Positions 42,767 through 50,668 of a DNA stretch of 50,668 bases are shown here, piece by piece. This DNA comes from Paludibacteraceae bacterium (GTDB lineage: Bacteria > Bacteroidota > Bacteroidia > Bacteroidales > Paludibacteraceae). The notes below the pieces were generated by a model that saw only the letters and a program-made list of their open reading frames with translations, made no database searches and was not told where the DNA came from. A program made the translations under genes and the position numbers. Numbering within the stretch: position 1 is the first letter of the stretch; every line of letters begins with the position of its first letter. The stretch lies in assembly GCA_016280845.1 (NCBI GenBank), contig JAEEHO010000185.1:1-50668 (forward strand), read 5' to 3'.

Positions 42767-43237
42767 ATGACTTACGATCCTTATCCAACTAAGTGTAATA
42801 TCTGTGGCGGTCACGTCTCACTTACGACAACATTCATGATCTACGGACGTAACTATGGTACAGGATTGGTTTACAGTTGTGATAAGTGTGGTGCTAGGGT
42901 GGGCACATACCCGAGATTACCTGAGGAAAGAAAGAAAAAGAAACCACCGCGTGCAACCGGAATACTTGCAGATGAATACACACGTAACTTACGTATGAGG
43001 GCTCACGGTTATTTTGATAGCTTGTGGAGCGGTAAACGCAACAGTCTCAAAGTACGCGCACATTGTTATTGGACTCTTGCAGGTATCTTAGGTGTCCCCG
43101 AACCTCAAGCACACTTCGCTATGATGAACCGTGAAGAACTTAAGGATGCTCTCAGAACAATGCACGACCATTGGGATTATATGCTCGAAGACGCTAGTAA
43201 CTTTGAACAAATGACCTTAGGAAAGGAGAAGAAATGA
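42767..43237 (+). CDS. DUF3268-like zinc-finger protein.
   Basis: TAGGAGG lies upstream. Motifs are CNICGG...YSCDKCGARVGTYP, then GILADEYTRNLRMRAHGYFDSLW...CYWTLAGILG. Confidence 0.6.
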   Translation: MTYDPYPTKCNICGGHVSLTTTFMIYGRNYGTGLVYSCDKCGARVGTYPRLPEERKKKKPPRATGILADEYTRNLRMRAHGYFDSLWSGKRNSLKVRAHCYWTLAGILGVPEPQAHFAMMNREELKDALRTMHDHWDYMLEDASNFEQMTLGKEKK

Positions 43238-43521
43238 AATACGTATGGATAGTAATACTAGCAATACTTTACATATCTTGGGCGATCATGAGCGTTCAGG
43301 ATTGCATTGAAGCATATAAATTTGCACGGGACGATTATTACCCTGCTATATATCGCTCAAAGAAACGACAGTTCCTTGCAAGCCTGCATCTGTATACTGT
43401 AATCTTTATAATCCTGCATGTCGTCATTTTATTTGTATATAGTCTTTCACAATATGTAGGTAAGCCGCCCTTAGGCCAGCCCCTATATCTTGTAGTTGAC
43501 AGTAATATTAAGATGTTCTAA
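43234..43521 (+). CDS. Small membrane protein (95 aa).
   Basis: It overlaps the upstream gene by 4 nt. Two hydrophobic helices are present (VWIVILAILYISWAIM and LYTVIFIILHVVILFVYSL). Confidence 0.5.
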   Translation: MKYVWIVILAILYISWAIMSVQDCIEAYKFARDDYYPAIYRSKKRQFLASLHLYTVIFIILHVVILFVYSLSQYVGKPPLGQPLYLVVDSNIKMF

Positions 43522-43543
43522 GATAAAAATACGGAGGTGAATC

Positions 43544-43954
43544 ATGACCGAAGAAGAAAAGATTCGCCTTAACGAGATTATCTTTTGCAAACTCTTTCAG
43601 CAGTTACTTCGGCAACATGTTAATCCGATTAAGGTGTACGATTTAATCATTGCAGTAGCTGCTGTCGTGGGAGCTAACACAGCTGTCTTAGATACTGTTA
43701 TCTCTAGCATCTTGGATAATGACCGACACTATATGCCAACCAAAGAAGAGTATGCGTACCTTCTTAGGAAGTCTGATGTACCTGTGCGTAGGGTGTGTCA
43801 GTTGGTACACCTCAGTAATTCCACCTATTATAAGATGGATGGAACTGAGCGGTATATTACCCGTAGATTTACAGAGGCTCAGTACCAAGAGATGATGAAA
43901 GTGTTACGCTTCTTTAAAACATCCTATGAAGATATGGAAGGTAGTACAGTATGA
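43544..43954 (+). CDS. Hypothetical protein (136 aa) with a possible HTH.
   Basis: ACGGAGG lies upstream. The segment VRRVCQLVHLSNSTYYKM resembles an HTH. Confidence 0.45.
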   Translation: MTEEEKIRLNEIIFCKLFQQLLRQHVNPIKVYDLIIAVAAVVGANTAVLDTVISSILDNDRHYMPTKEEYAYLLRKSDVPVRRVCQLVHLSNSTYYKMDGTERYITRRFTEAQYQEMMKVLRFFKTSYEDMEGSTV

Positions 43955-44358
43955 AGATTGATTTTACAGATGTCAAAATGCGTATGTGTCTGGATGAATA
44001 TAACAGACTCAACCCGGAAGAACGTATCTCAATGTCACACTTCGACCTTGCAGAGGTCACGAACATTGATGACACAGACCAGTGGTTAGCATTCCTTAGA
44101 GATCCAAGAGTAGCAGACATGATACAGGAAGAGCTGACAGTGTATAAAGCAGCACAGCAGCGTAAACTTATTCAGCGTGCTACTACTCATGACAAGTCCG
44201 TAGGTACTGCACAAATGATTAGTGCCTTAGGTAAATCTATGGAAACGGACAATGATAAGTCCGGAGCAATCTTCGTATATTCATACGTGCCACTTAATGC
44301 ACATGATGTTAATTCTCCACAGGCACGAACACTAGATAAAGACGTTTTTGAAAGGTAA
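43951..44358 (+). CDS. Hypothetical protein (135 aa).
   Basis: It overlaps the upstream gene by 4 nt. No motif was recognised. Confidence 0.5.
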   Translation: MKIDFTDVKMRMCLDEYNRLNPEERISMSHFDLAEVTNIDDTDQWLAFLRDPRVADMIQEELTVYKAAQQRKLIQRATTHDKSVGTAQMISALGKSMETDNDKSGAIFVYSYVPLNAHDVNSPQARTLDKDVFER

Positions 44359-44361
44359 GCT

Positions 44362-45720
44362 ATGCAACTACGAGAATATCAACGCGAAGACGTTGACCGA
44401 ATGTTTATTCAAAACTGCATAGGAAACTTTAGCGAACAACGCACAGGTAAGACCCCTACTACCTGTGCTTCTTTGGCGCAAAAAGGCATCAAGCACACTC
44501 TCATTGTATGCCCAAACTCTCTTACATATGTTTGGAAGGATGCATGGGAAACGTGGACAGGATGGCCTGCACAAATCATTGAGGAGACATCCTTTGATTG
44601 TGGCACAGTCTCTGAAGATTGCGCCTTAATAGTTAACTTTGAAAAAATCAGAGGCACCAAGAAGCAGCATACCGTTACGGACATACTGCTGGAATGGAAG
44701 CCTGCTGCCATAGTTGTTGATGAAGCGCACCGCATGAAAGACAGAGCCTCGTTGACTGCCGAACAGCTGTGTCGCTTCATCAAAGTCCCTATAAGAATTG
44801 CGCTCACAGGAACTCCTGCGCCTAACTATCCTTGGGAAATATGGACCATATTGCATTGGTTATTTCCGGACAGATACAAGAGTTACTGGCGCTTTGTCAA
44901 CGACCATTTCCAGCAGAAGACTATCTATCTGCGTTCCAGATCCATACAGCAACCTACATCCTTTAAGCCCGGGATGGCTACAATATTACAGCAGAACCTT
45001 AACATGCTATGCATTCAGCATAAGCGTAGAGAGATTATGCAATGGCTACCTGATGAGTCACCACCTACCGTAGTGAAACTTCCACCATCTCCGGAACAAG
45101 TTGTAGCAATAGAGCATCTAATGAACTACTTTGAGTATAAGCATATTATCACGAAGAGTGTATTAGATAACCTTGTTCGGGTGCGGCAGGTATGTGCATC
45201 CCCTGCGTTGTTAGACCTTGATAAGAAACCAAGTCCTAAGATAAAGTGGCTACTCGATTACTTAAAAGATTACCCTGAGAAACATGTACTTGTATTCAGT
45301 AACAGTAAGAAGTTTCTCTACCTCATAAAATCCTACATCAAAGAACCTTTAGGATTTATTTGTGGAGATGTACCACCCTTAGAACGTGCTAAGCTTATTG
45401 AGGCTTATCAAAGGTCTAAGTTCCGAATCATGCTCTGTCAAACACAGGCATGTAAAGAAGGTATCACCTTAGATAATGCTGATGTTTCTATCTTTATGGA
45501 TTTGTATCCACCTGCTGCCGATTATATGCAGGCTAAAGATAGGATGGTTGCAACAGCGCCTGAGCGTGTAAAACCTAAAGAGATAATCCATGTAGTACTG
45601 CAAGGAACTTATGATGCTACACTCTTCTCATTAGTGCAGCATAATGTAAATGAAACTGCAGTGCTCAATGATTATAAAAACTTTATCAAAGAAAGGAGGA
45701 ACCGTAATGGCGAACAATAA
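44362..45720 (+). CDS. SNF2-family DNA helicase/translocase.
   Basis: Motifs are LREYQREDV, EQRTGKTPT (Walker A-like), VVDEAHRMKD (DEAH box), ALTGTPAPN and a C-terminal helicase-domain pattern (LCQTQACKEGITL). Confidence 0.85.
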   Translation: MQLREYQREDVDRMFIQNCIGNFSEQRTGKTPTTCASLAQKGIKHTLIVCPNSLTYVWKDAWETWTGWPAQIIEETSFDCGTVSEDCALIVNFEKIRGTKKQHTVTDILLEWKPAAIVVDEAHRMKDRASLTAEQLCRFIKVPIRIALTGTPAPNYPWEIWTILHWLFPDRYKSYWRFVNDHFQQKTIYLRSRSIQQPTSFKPGMATILQQNLNMLCIQHKRREIMQWLPDESPPTVVKLPPSPEQVVAIEHLMNYFEYKHIITKSVLDNLVRVRQVCASPALLDLDKKPSPKIKWLLDYLKDYPEKHVLVFSNSKKFLYLIKSYIKEPLGFICGDVPPLERAKLIEAYQRSKFRIMLCQTQACKEGITLDNADVSIFMDLYPPAADYMQAKDRMVATAPERVKPKEIIHVVLQGTYDATLFSLVQHNVNETAVLNDYKNFIKERRNRNGEQ

Positions 45721-46669
45721 TGTTGCAGGAGTTCTGAACTTCCGTGATGCGACACGTATGCAGGCTAAAGCATCAATCTTAATTGAAGGCTTAAGTGGAC
45801 GTGGTAAATCTGGATTAGCATTACTCTTAGCATATTACCTTGCCGACAAATCTTGGAAAGATGTGTACTCCATAGATACTGAGAACAAATCACAGGACTT
45901 ATTTGAAGGCGTTACATTAAGCACTGGCGTTAAATGTGAGCCCTTCAAGAAAGTAGACTTGTTACCCAGCCATGGTTACGCACCGTCCAACTATCTGTTA
46001 TGCAAGGACAATGCTGTTGAATCCGGAGGCAAGGTACTCATCAACGACAGCATTACGCACATGTGGCAGCAGAAAGGAGGCATACTTGACTTAGTTAATC
46101 AGGTACAGGCTAAGGATGGTAAGCGCTACAACAACTATACCGCATGGGGTGAGCCTACAGTACTTGCTGAAAAGCAGGCAATCTATAACACTATCAGAGA
46201 TGCTAGGATTCATGTTATCAGCACCGTACGTGTTAAGGAGAGGTTCGAGATTAAGGATGATCATACACTTGCATCTCTTGGTGAACAAGAAATGCAGATG
46301 CCTGACCTTAAGTACGAGCCTGACTTGGTACTGTCCATGGAGAAGCCCGGTGCAATGAATGGTACTGCTCCCGTAGCACGCGTAATCAAAAGCAGATATG
46401 CAATATTACAGGAAGGTGAAATCTATTCGTTCACCGAAAAGCTTATTGAGTCTCTCGTAGAGTACTTGCAGAAAGGTACAGACCCTGCAGAACTCTTAGA
46501 GAAGCAGCGTGTTGAATATGTAAACACAATCAAGAAGATTCTTGATGAAGATGTAAGCAAGAAGACAATGTTCCCTATGCTCAAAGAGCAGCAGGGATAC
46601 AAGGATGTGAAACTGACCGACCTGCCTTTAGAAGCACTTCAGGCATTGCTCGGAATTTTATTAGCATAA
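45707..46669 (+). CDS. AAA_24/Sak4-like RecA-fold ATPase (start revised from 45650).
   Basis: The ATG at 45707 is preceded by AAAGGAGGA. The Walker A motif is IEGLSGRGKSGLAL. The gene lies directly upstream of a DUF669-like gene, which is the usual pairing. Confidence 0.7.
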   Translation: MANNNVAGVLNFRDATRMQAKASILIEGLSGRGKSGLALLLAYYLADKSWKDVYSIDTENKSQDLFEGVTLSTGVKCEPFKKVDLLPSHGYAPSNYLLCKDNAVESGGKVLINDSITHMWQQKGGILDLVNQVQAKDGKRYNNYTAWGEPTVLAEKQAIYNTIRDARIHVISTVRVKERFEIKDDHTLASLGEQEMQMPDLKYEPDLVLSMEKPGAMNGTAPVARVIKSRYAILQEGEIYSFTEKLIESLVEYLQKGTDPAELLEKQRVEYVNTIKKILDEDVSKKTMFPMLKEQQGYKDVKLTDLPLEALQALLGILLA

Positions 46670-46679
46670 GGAGGATAAT

Positions 46680-47246
46680 ATGGCTATTCAGTTTGATACT
46701 CTCCCTACAGAGAATCCTTTCGCATTACCTGCTCCCGGTATCTACAAAGCAAAGATTGTAGAAGCTGAGATGCGCAAACCCAAAACAAAGTATGATGATG
46801 GTTCTGAGAAGCCGCCTTACTTAAACCTTAAGTACGCCCTTATCGGCCCTTCAGGTAATTCCGTAGGCAGCATCTACGACATCATCTCAGAGTCGGACTC
46901 GTCCGTAGTTCAGTACAAGATTGCTCGTTTCTTGACAGCTTGCGGTATTCCTTTGGTAGGTTCTATGGAGCTTGCAGACATTGCTAAGCTTGTACTCAAC
47001 AAAGAGATTGTCGTTGATGTTAATCACGACACCAAGGGACAGCAGCCTCGTGCACAGGTCGACCTGTTCTCTCACGAAGCATACTATCCTATCGATAAGT
47101 ATGATGAGATTTCTAAGATCGTTGCGGCTGAAAAGTCAGATGCTGCCCCTGCATCAGAAGAGTTCACAGACGCTGCTCCCGAGGAAGTTCCTTTCGAGGA
47201 GTCCGGAGCTATGCCTGCACCTGCAACAGAAACTGTAGAGTACTAA
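46680..47246 (+). CDS. DUF669-like protein (candidate ssDNA-binding protein) with an acidic C-terminal tail.
   Basis: TAAGGAGGA lies upstream. The sequences LPAPGIYKAKIVEAE...LNLKYAL and an acidic tail (EEVPFEESGAM) are present. It is syntenic with the AAA_24 gene. Confidence 0.55.
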   Translation: MAIQFDTLPTENPFALPAPGIYKAKIVEAEMRKPKTKYDDGSEKPPYLNLKYALIGPSGNSVGSIYDIISESDSSVVQYKIARFLTACGIPLVGSMELADIAKLVLNKEIVVDVNHDTKGQQPRAQVDLFSHEAYYPIDKYDEISKIVAAEKSDAAPASEEFTDAAPEEVPFEESGAMPAPATETVEY

Positions 47247-47247
47247 T

Positions 47248-50040
47248 TTGGGATTTTTCGAGTACTACTTTGGTATAACGAATGATAGCTATCACGAGGA
47301 AACGGCAGTCTGCTGTCCGTTTCCTCATAGCACTCCCAGTGGAGCACAGTATTATGAAACAAACCCCTCTGCACATGTCAATCTGACAAACAGAATGTTC
47401 CACTGTAAAGTATGCAATCAGGGGCACAGCGAAATCTCATTCATTACTAAACTGTATGAAACAACATATGGAGATGCTACTCGTCTTGCCAAAGTATTCA
47501 ACAATACGGAAACCTTAGAAGAGTGGGATGGCTTCACTGCCCTGAATCAGGACGGAGCAGCCTTAGTAAAATCCCTCGGTATCTCTGAGGAAACAGCACG
47601 TGCGCTACATATTGCAAATGTTACCCCGGATGCAATCATGTTCCCCGTAACCATGCGAGGGAAACTCATAGACGTGCGCACGTATACCCCCGGAGGTAAT
47701 CCTAAGATTCGTAGTCGACGTGGTGCAATATCAGGTGCGATTATCCCGTTGGATATTTGGCAGGAGACTCCCCTGAACAAACTAACCTGTATCTGTGCAG
47801 GCGAGAAAGATATGGCTACAACTCGCAGCCATGGCTTTAATGCTATTACTATTACCGGAGGTGAGTTAGCACTTCCATTCAGCCCTGTCTTCTTTAGAGA
47901 TAGGGATGTAGTAATCCTGTACGATAATGATGATGCAGGTAGAATGGGCGCTAAACGTCTTGCAACTTATTTATTAGACTACTGCCATTCTGTAAAAGTT
48001 TGTACCAAGTTCCATGAAATCTGTAAGGAAGACAAGGAAGACATGACAGACTACTGGAACAAGTACCATGGTACAAGAGAGGCACTGATACAAATGATTC
48101 GTGAAACGCCTTTCTTCACTAAGGATGAAGCAGTAGTTGAATGTCCATTACCTTTAGTCACCTTAGCAGAGGCTACACAGCCTAAGAATATTGGTAAGTT
48201 ACTTCGTACCAATGTACAGGTAGTAGCCATCTCTGAGACACAGTTCGTAGCGCCTACCGAAATCATCGGTGAGAAGCTGAAGAACACAGACAAAGGTAAT
48301 GATGTTATGGATGTCGGAGAAGTACGTGAATGGAAGATGACTGAGCACACTGTCCAAGACATACTTCATCTGATAGATGGCGGCTTCAAAGAAGAAGACA
48401 TCAAGAAGCATATGCTTCAGCTTCTCAAACTTCCTACCTCTGAAAAGTATGTGAAGTTATCGAGGCCCGCCAAAGAAGTTGTATACAAAGGCGTTGTGAC
48501 CGATATGTTTGAGTCGATGAACACCGACACAATGCCGATGGAGTACACTGTTTATTCTATAGGTACACGTTTAGAATCAGGAAAGAAGTATATGTGCACT
48601 TATAAATTAGTGCCGCATCCCTACAAAGGACAGCAACTTATAATGCTCATACTAAATGCGGTTCCTGCGAATGACAGCGTAAGCAACTTCAAGATAACTC
48701 CGCAGACTGTGGAACTTCTTAAGATGTTCCAAGACATTCCCGGAGATACAGCAGCCAAGATAAACACCTTGGTTCAGAAAGTTAAAGGATTATTAGGCTA
48801 TGATGGTAACGACCAGCTTATCACAGTTATAGACCTTTCCTTTCACACGGTGCTCAGTTTTAATCTAGGACAATTTAAAAATGTGAGAGGATATCTGGAC
48901 ACTATAATCGTAGGTGAGTCTAGAGTAGGTAAATCAAGTACTGCTGACTGTCTGCGCACGACTTATCAACTCGGTGCCTTCACATCTCTTGCGGGAAACA
49001 GTGCCACTATTCCCGGACTGATTGGAGGAAGCAATAAGACGAGCAATGGCAGTATGCAAACCAAGGCAGGCTTGATTCCTCAGAACCACAAAGGCTTAAT
49101 AATCTTTGAAGAGTTTGGTAAATGTAACAGCAATATTACTGCAGAGCTTACTGATATCCGAAGCAGTAACGAAGTACGTATCACACGTGTTTCCGGAGTG
49201 CTTACCCTTCCGGCTATGGTCCGTATGATATCTTTGAGCAATGTGAAAAGCACATCCTCAAGTGAGATTAAATCAATCGCATCGTATCCGAATGGGATTT
49301 CAATTATCACGGAGCTCGTTCCTACTGCAGAAGATATTGCACGTTACGACTTGATGTGCATCCTTGGAGATAAGGGCAACACCCAAATCGACCCGTATTG
49401 GACACCTGAAACACCTATGCCTACAGAGGCATATCAGGCTCGTATACGTTGGGTGTGGAGCCGTACTGCTGAACAGATTGATATCTCAACAGAGGTAGGT
49501 AACTACATCATTCAGAAGTCCAATGAACTTAATGCAGCATATGATTGCCACATTAAAATCTTTGGTACTGAAGCATGGAAAAAGCTAAGCCGCTTAGCGA
49601 TCGCAGTCGCAGGTTATGTAGTTTCTACCGACGCCACGTATCAGAATATCGTCGTCAAGAAAGAGCATGTAGATTTCGCAACACAACTACTGATCGCGCT
49701 ATATGACAACCCCACATTTCGTCTAAAAGAGTATGTAGAAAACGAGCGAAAATACAATCAGATTGATGACGACGGCGTACGCTTACTCCAAGAACTGTAC
49801 ATTAAAGTACCTCAGCTATTACTCATGCTGGAGCAAGAAACACGTCCGTCAAGGAACTCCTTGATGGCAGCAGTAGGTTTGAACGCAGATACCTACAACG
49901 GGTATATGTCACAGATGATTCGTGGAAGCTTTGTAAAGCTGAACGGAATGGATGTAATGCCTACTGAACGTTTCCGACTCGGAATGGCACGTATTAATAG
50001 AAACGGTAGTTTGGTACGGATAGGAGAAACAAATGCTTAA
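47248..50040 (+). CDS. Primase-helicase fusion: CHC2 Zn-finger, TOPRIM and a P-loop ATPase.
   Basis: The CHC2 finger is CCPFPHSTPSG...MFHCKVCNQG. TOPRIM motifs are ICAGEKD and VVILYDNDDAGRMGA. Walker A is VGESRVGKSS and Walker B is GLIIFEEFG. The TTG start at 47248 has no clear RBS, so the start is uncertain. Confidence 0.75.
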   Translation: MGFFEYYFGITNDSYHEETAVCCPFPHSTPSGAQYYETNPSAHVNLTNRMFHCKVCNQGHSEISFITKLYETTYGDATRLAKVFNNTETLEEWDGFTALNQDGAALVKSLGISEETARALHIANVTPDAIMFPVTMRGKLIDVRTYTPGGNPKIRSRRGAISGAIIPLDIWQETPLNKLTCICAGEKDMATTRSHGFNAITITGGELALPFSPVFFRDRDVVILYDNDDAGRMGAKRLATYLLDYCHSVKVCTKFHEICKEDKEDMTDYWNKYHGTREALIQMIRETPFFTKDEAVVECPLPLVTLAEATQPKNIGKLLRTNVQVVAISETQFVAPTEIIGEKLKNTDKGNDVMDVGEVREWKMTEHTVQDILHLIDGGFKEEDIKKHMLQLLKLPTSEKYVKLSRPAKEVVYKGVVTDMFESMNTDTMPMEYTVYSIGTRLESGKKYMCTYKLVPHPYKGQQLIMLILNAVPANDSVSNFKITPQTVELLKMFQDIPGDTAAKINTLVQKVKGLLGYDGNDQLITVIDLSFHTVLSFNLGQFKNVRGYLDTIIVGESRVGKSSTADCLRTTYQLGAFTSLAGNSATIPGLIGGSNKTSNGSMQTKAGLIPQNHKGLIIFEEFGKCNSNITAELTDIRSSNEVRITRVSGVLTLPAMVRMISLSNVKSTSSSEIKSIASYPNGISIITELVPTAEDIARYDLMCILGDKGNTQIDPYWTPETPMPTEAYQARIRWVWSRTAEQIDISTEVGNYIIQKSNELNAAYDCHIKIFGTEAWKKLSRLAIAVAGYVVSTDATYQNIVVKKEHVDFATQLLIALYDNPTFRLKEYVENERKYNQIDDDGVRLLQELYIKVPQLLLMLEQETRPSRNSLMAAVGLNADTYNGYMSQMIRGSFVKLNGMDVMPTERFRLGMARINRNGSLVRIGETNA

Positions 50041-50668
50041 ATGTAAGTGGACCCACGTAGATATCACAGACACAACACACTTATACGCCATGGTAGAATC
50101 CTTTAATCGCACACTGTCTCGTGGTGTCCTACTTGCATCAGCACTTGATACTGAGACAACAGGGCTTCATCATATCTATGATAAGCCCTTCTTGTTCCAG
50201 TTTGGATGGTGCACTTCCGAAGGCACAGGGTTCACCTACTTGGTGGATTTGGAAGAAACCCCCGAACTCGCTATCCGTACCATTACTATCTGGAATACCT
50301 TAGTTGCGCAAGCACCTATCTATTTAGGCCATCACGTATCGTTTGACCTGAATATGCTCCTTAACATAAATGTACCGTATTGGGCTCCCAATATTTCTGA
50401 TACACAGATATGGATTAGATTGGGTTCTGATGCAATCCCTGAACGTAAAGGTGGCGTACCTCTCGCACTTAAGAAGTTCGCTACGAACTATATTGATAGA
50501 AGCGCAGCAACCATGGAAGCTAAGCTGAGCAAAGAGCGTACAGCGATTGCTAAGAAATACAACATTACTCTGAAACGTAGCCTTGGGTGGACTCTAAAAC
50601 AAATTGAAGAGTTCTTCAAGGATAAGCTGCACACTTATGAAGACTTACCTGAAGAAGCTCGACAAAAG
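50033..50668 (+). CDS. polA: Family A DNA polymerase, N-terminal 3'-5' exonuclease part. It is 3'-truncated by the window edge and continues at base 142. The full protein is about 736 aa.
   Basis: The ATG at 50033 overlaps the stop of the primase-helicase gene (ATGCTTAA). An ExoI-like motif ALDTETTGL is present. The frame is open to base 50668. Confidence 0.9.
   Translation, partial: MLKCKWTHVDITDTTHLYAMVESFNRTLSRGVLLASALDTETTGLHHIYDKPFLFQFGWCTSEGTGFTYLVDLEETPELAIRTITIWNTLVAQAPIYLGHHVSFDLNMLLNINVPYWAPNISDTQIWIRLGSDAIPERKGGVPLALKKFATNYIDRSAATMEAKLSKERTAIAKKYNITLKRSLGWTLKQIEEFFKDKLHTYEDLPEEARQK
50528..50668. repeat. Terminal overlap copy 2, identical to 1-141.
   Basis: Same string as bases 1-141. 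Both copies lie inside the same open reading frame. Confidence 0.95.

Noticed and set aside
1-50668. Integrase, repressor/Cro switch, tRNA genes, CRISPR arrays, toxin-antitoxin pairs and a phage RNA polymerase.
   Set aside because: I looked for characteristic motifs and repeat architectures on both strands and found none. Absence judged by eye is not proof, so an HMM scan would be needed.

Overview
The window is a complete phage genome joined at its ends. Bases 1-141 are identical to 50528-50668, which gives a unique length of 50527 bp. It is a tailed dsDNA phage with no integrase, repressor, tRNA or CRISPR array that I can see.

Two divergent gene arms meet in a non-coding hub of about 1.25 kb (31.98-33.23 kb).

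- Minus-strand late arm: small acidic protein, large terminase with a Zn-ribbon, portal, scaffold, HK97-like capsid, connector, Ala-rich fibre, an 848-aa tail protein and a tail-spike-like protein. These are followed by two paralogous receptor-binding fibres, a lysis cassette (membrane proteins plus a GH25/PG_binding endolysin), a 274-aa protein and a 3692-aa giant ORF that takes about 22% of the genome. This arm is driven by sigma70-like promoters.
- Plus-strand early/replication arm: unknown early genes, an HNH endonuclease, an HTH protein, a Ubl / E2-like / JAB / E1-like cassette, and a retron-type reverse transcriptase. The RT is followed by three retron-like structured RNA modules that flank a 158-aa ORF. 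After these come a DUF3268 Zn-finger protein, SNF2 helicase, AAA_24 ATPase, DUF669 protein, primase-helicase, family A DNA polymerase (spanning the join), RuvC, a secreted 3D-domain protein and a YqaJ exonuclease.

Strong AGGAGG ribosome-binding sites and the endolysin type suggest a Gram-positive (Firmicutes-like) host; this is inference. No tape measure or tail tube gene is seen, so the phage is probably short-tailed; this is also inference.

The most interesting region is the contiguous 37.0-42.7 kb locus, which combines a ubiquitin-like conjugation-type cassette with a non-DGR RT and multiple msr/msd-like RNAs. Next in interest are the four hairpin-dense non-coding islands on the early strand and the giant ORF. 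All functional calls rest on motifs read by eye. No database search was run.
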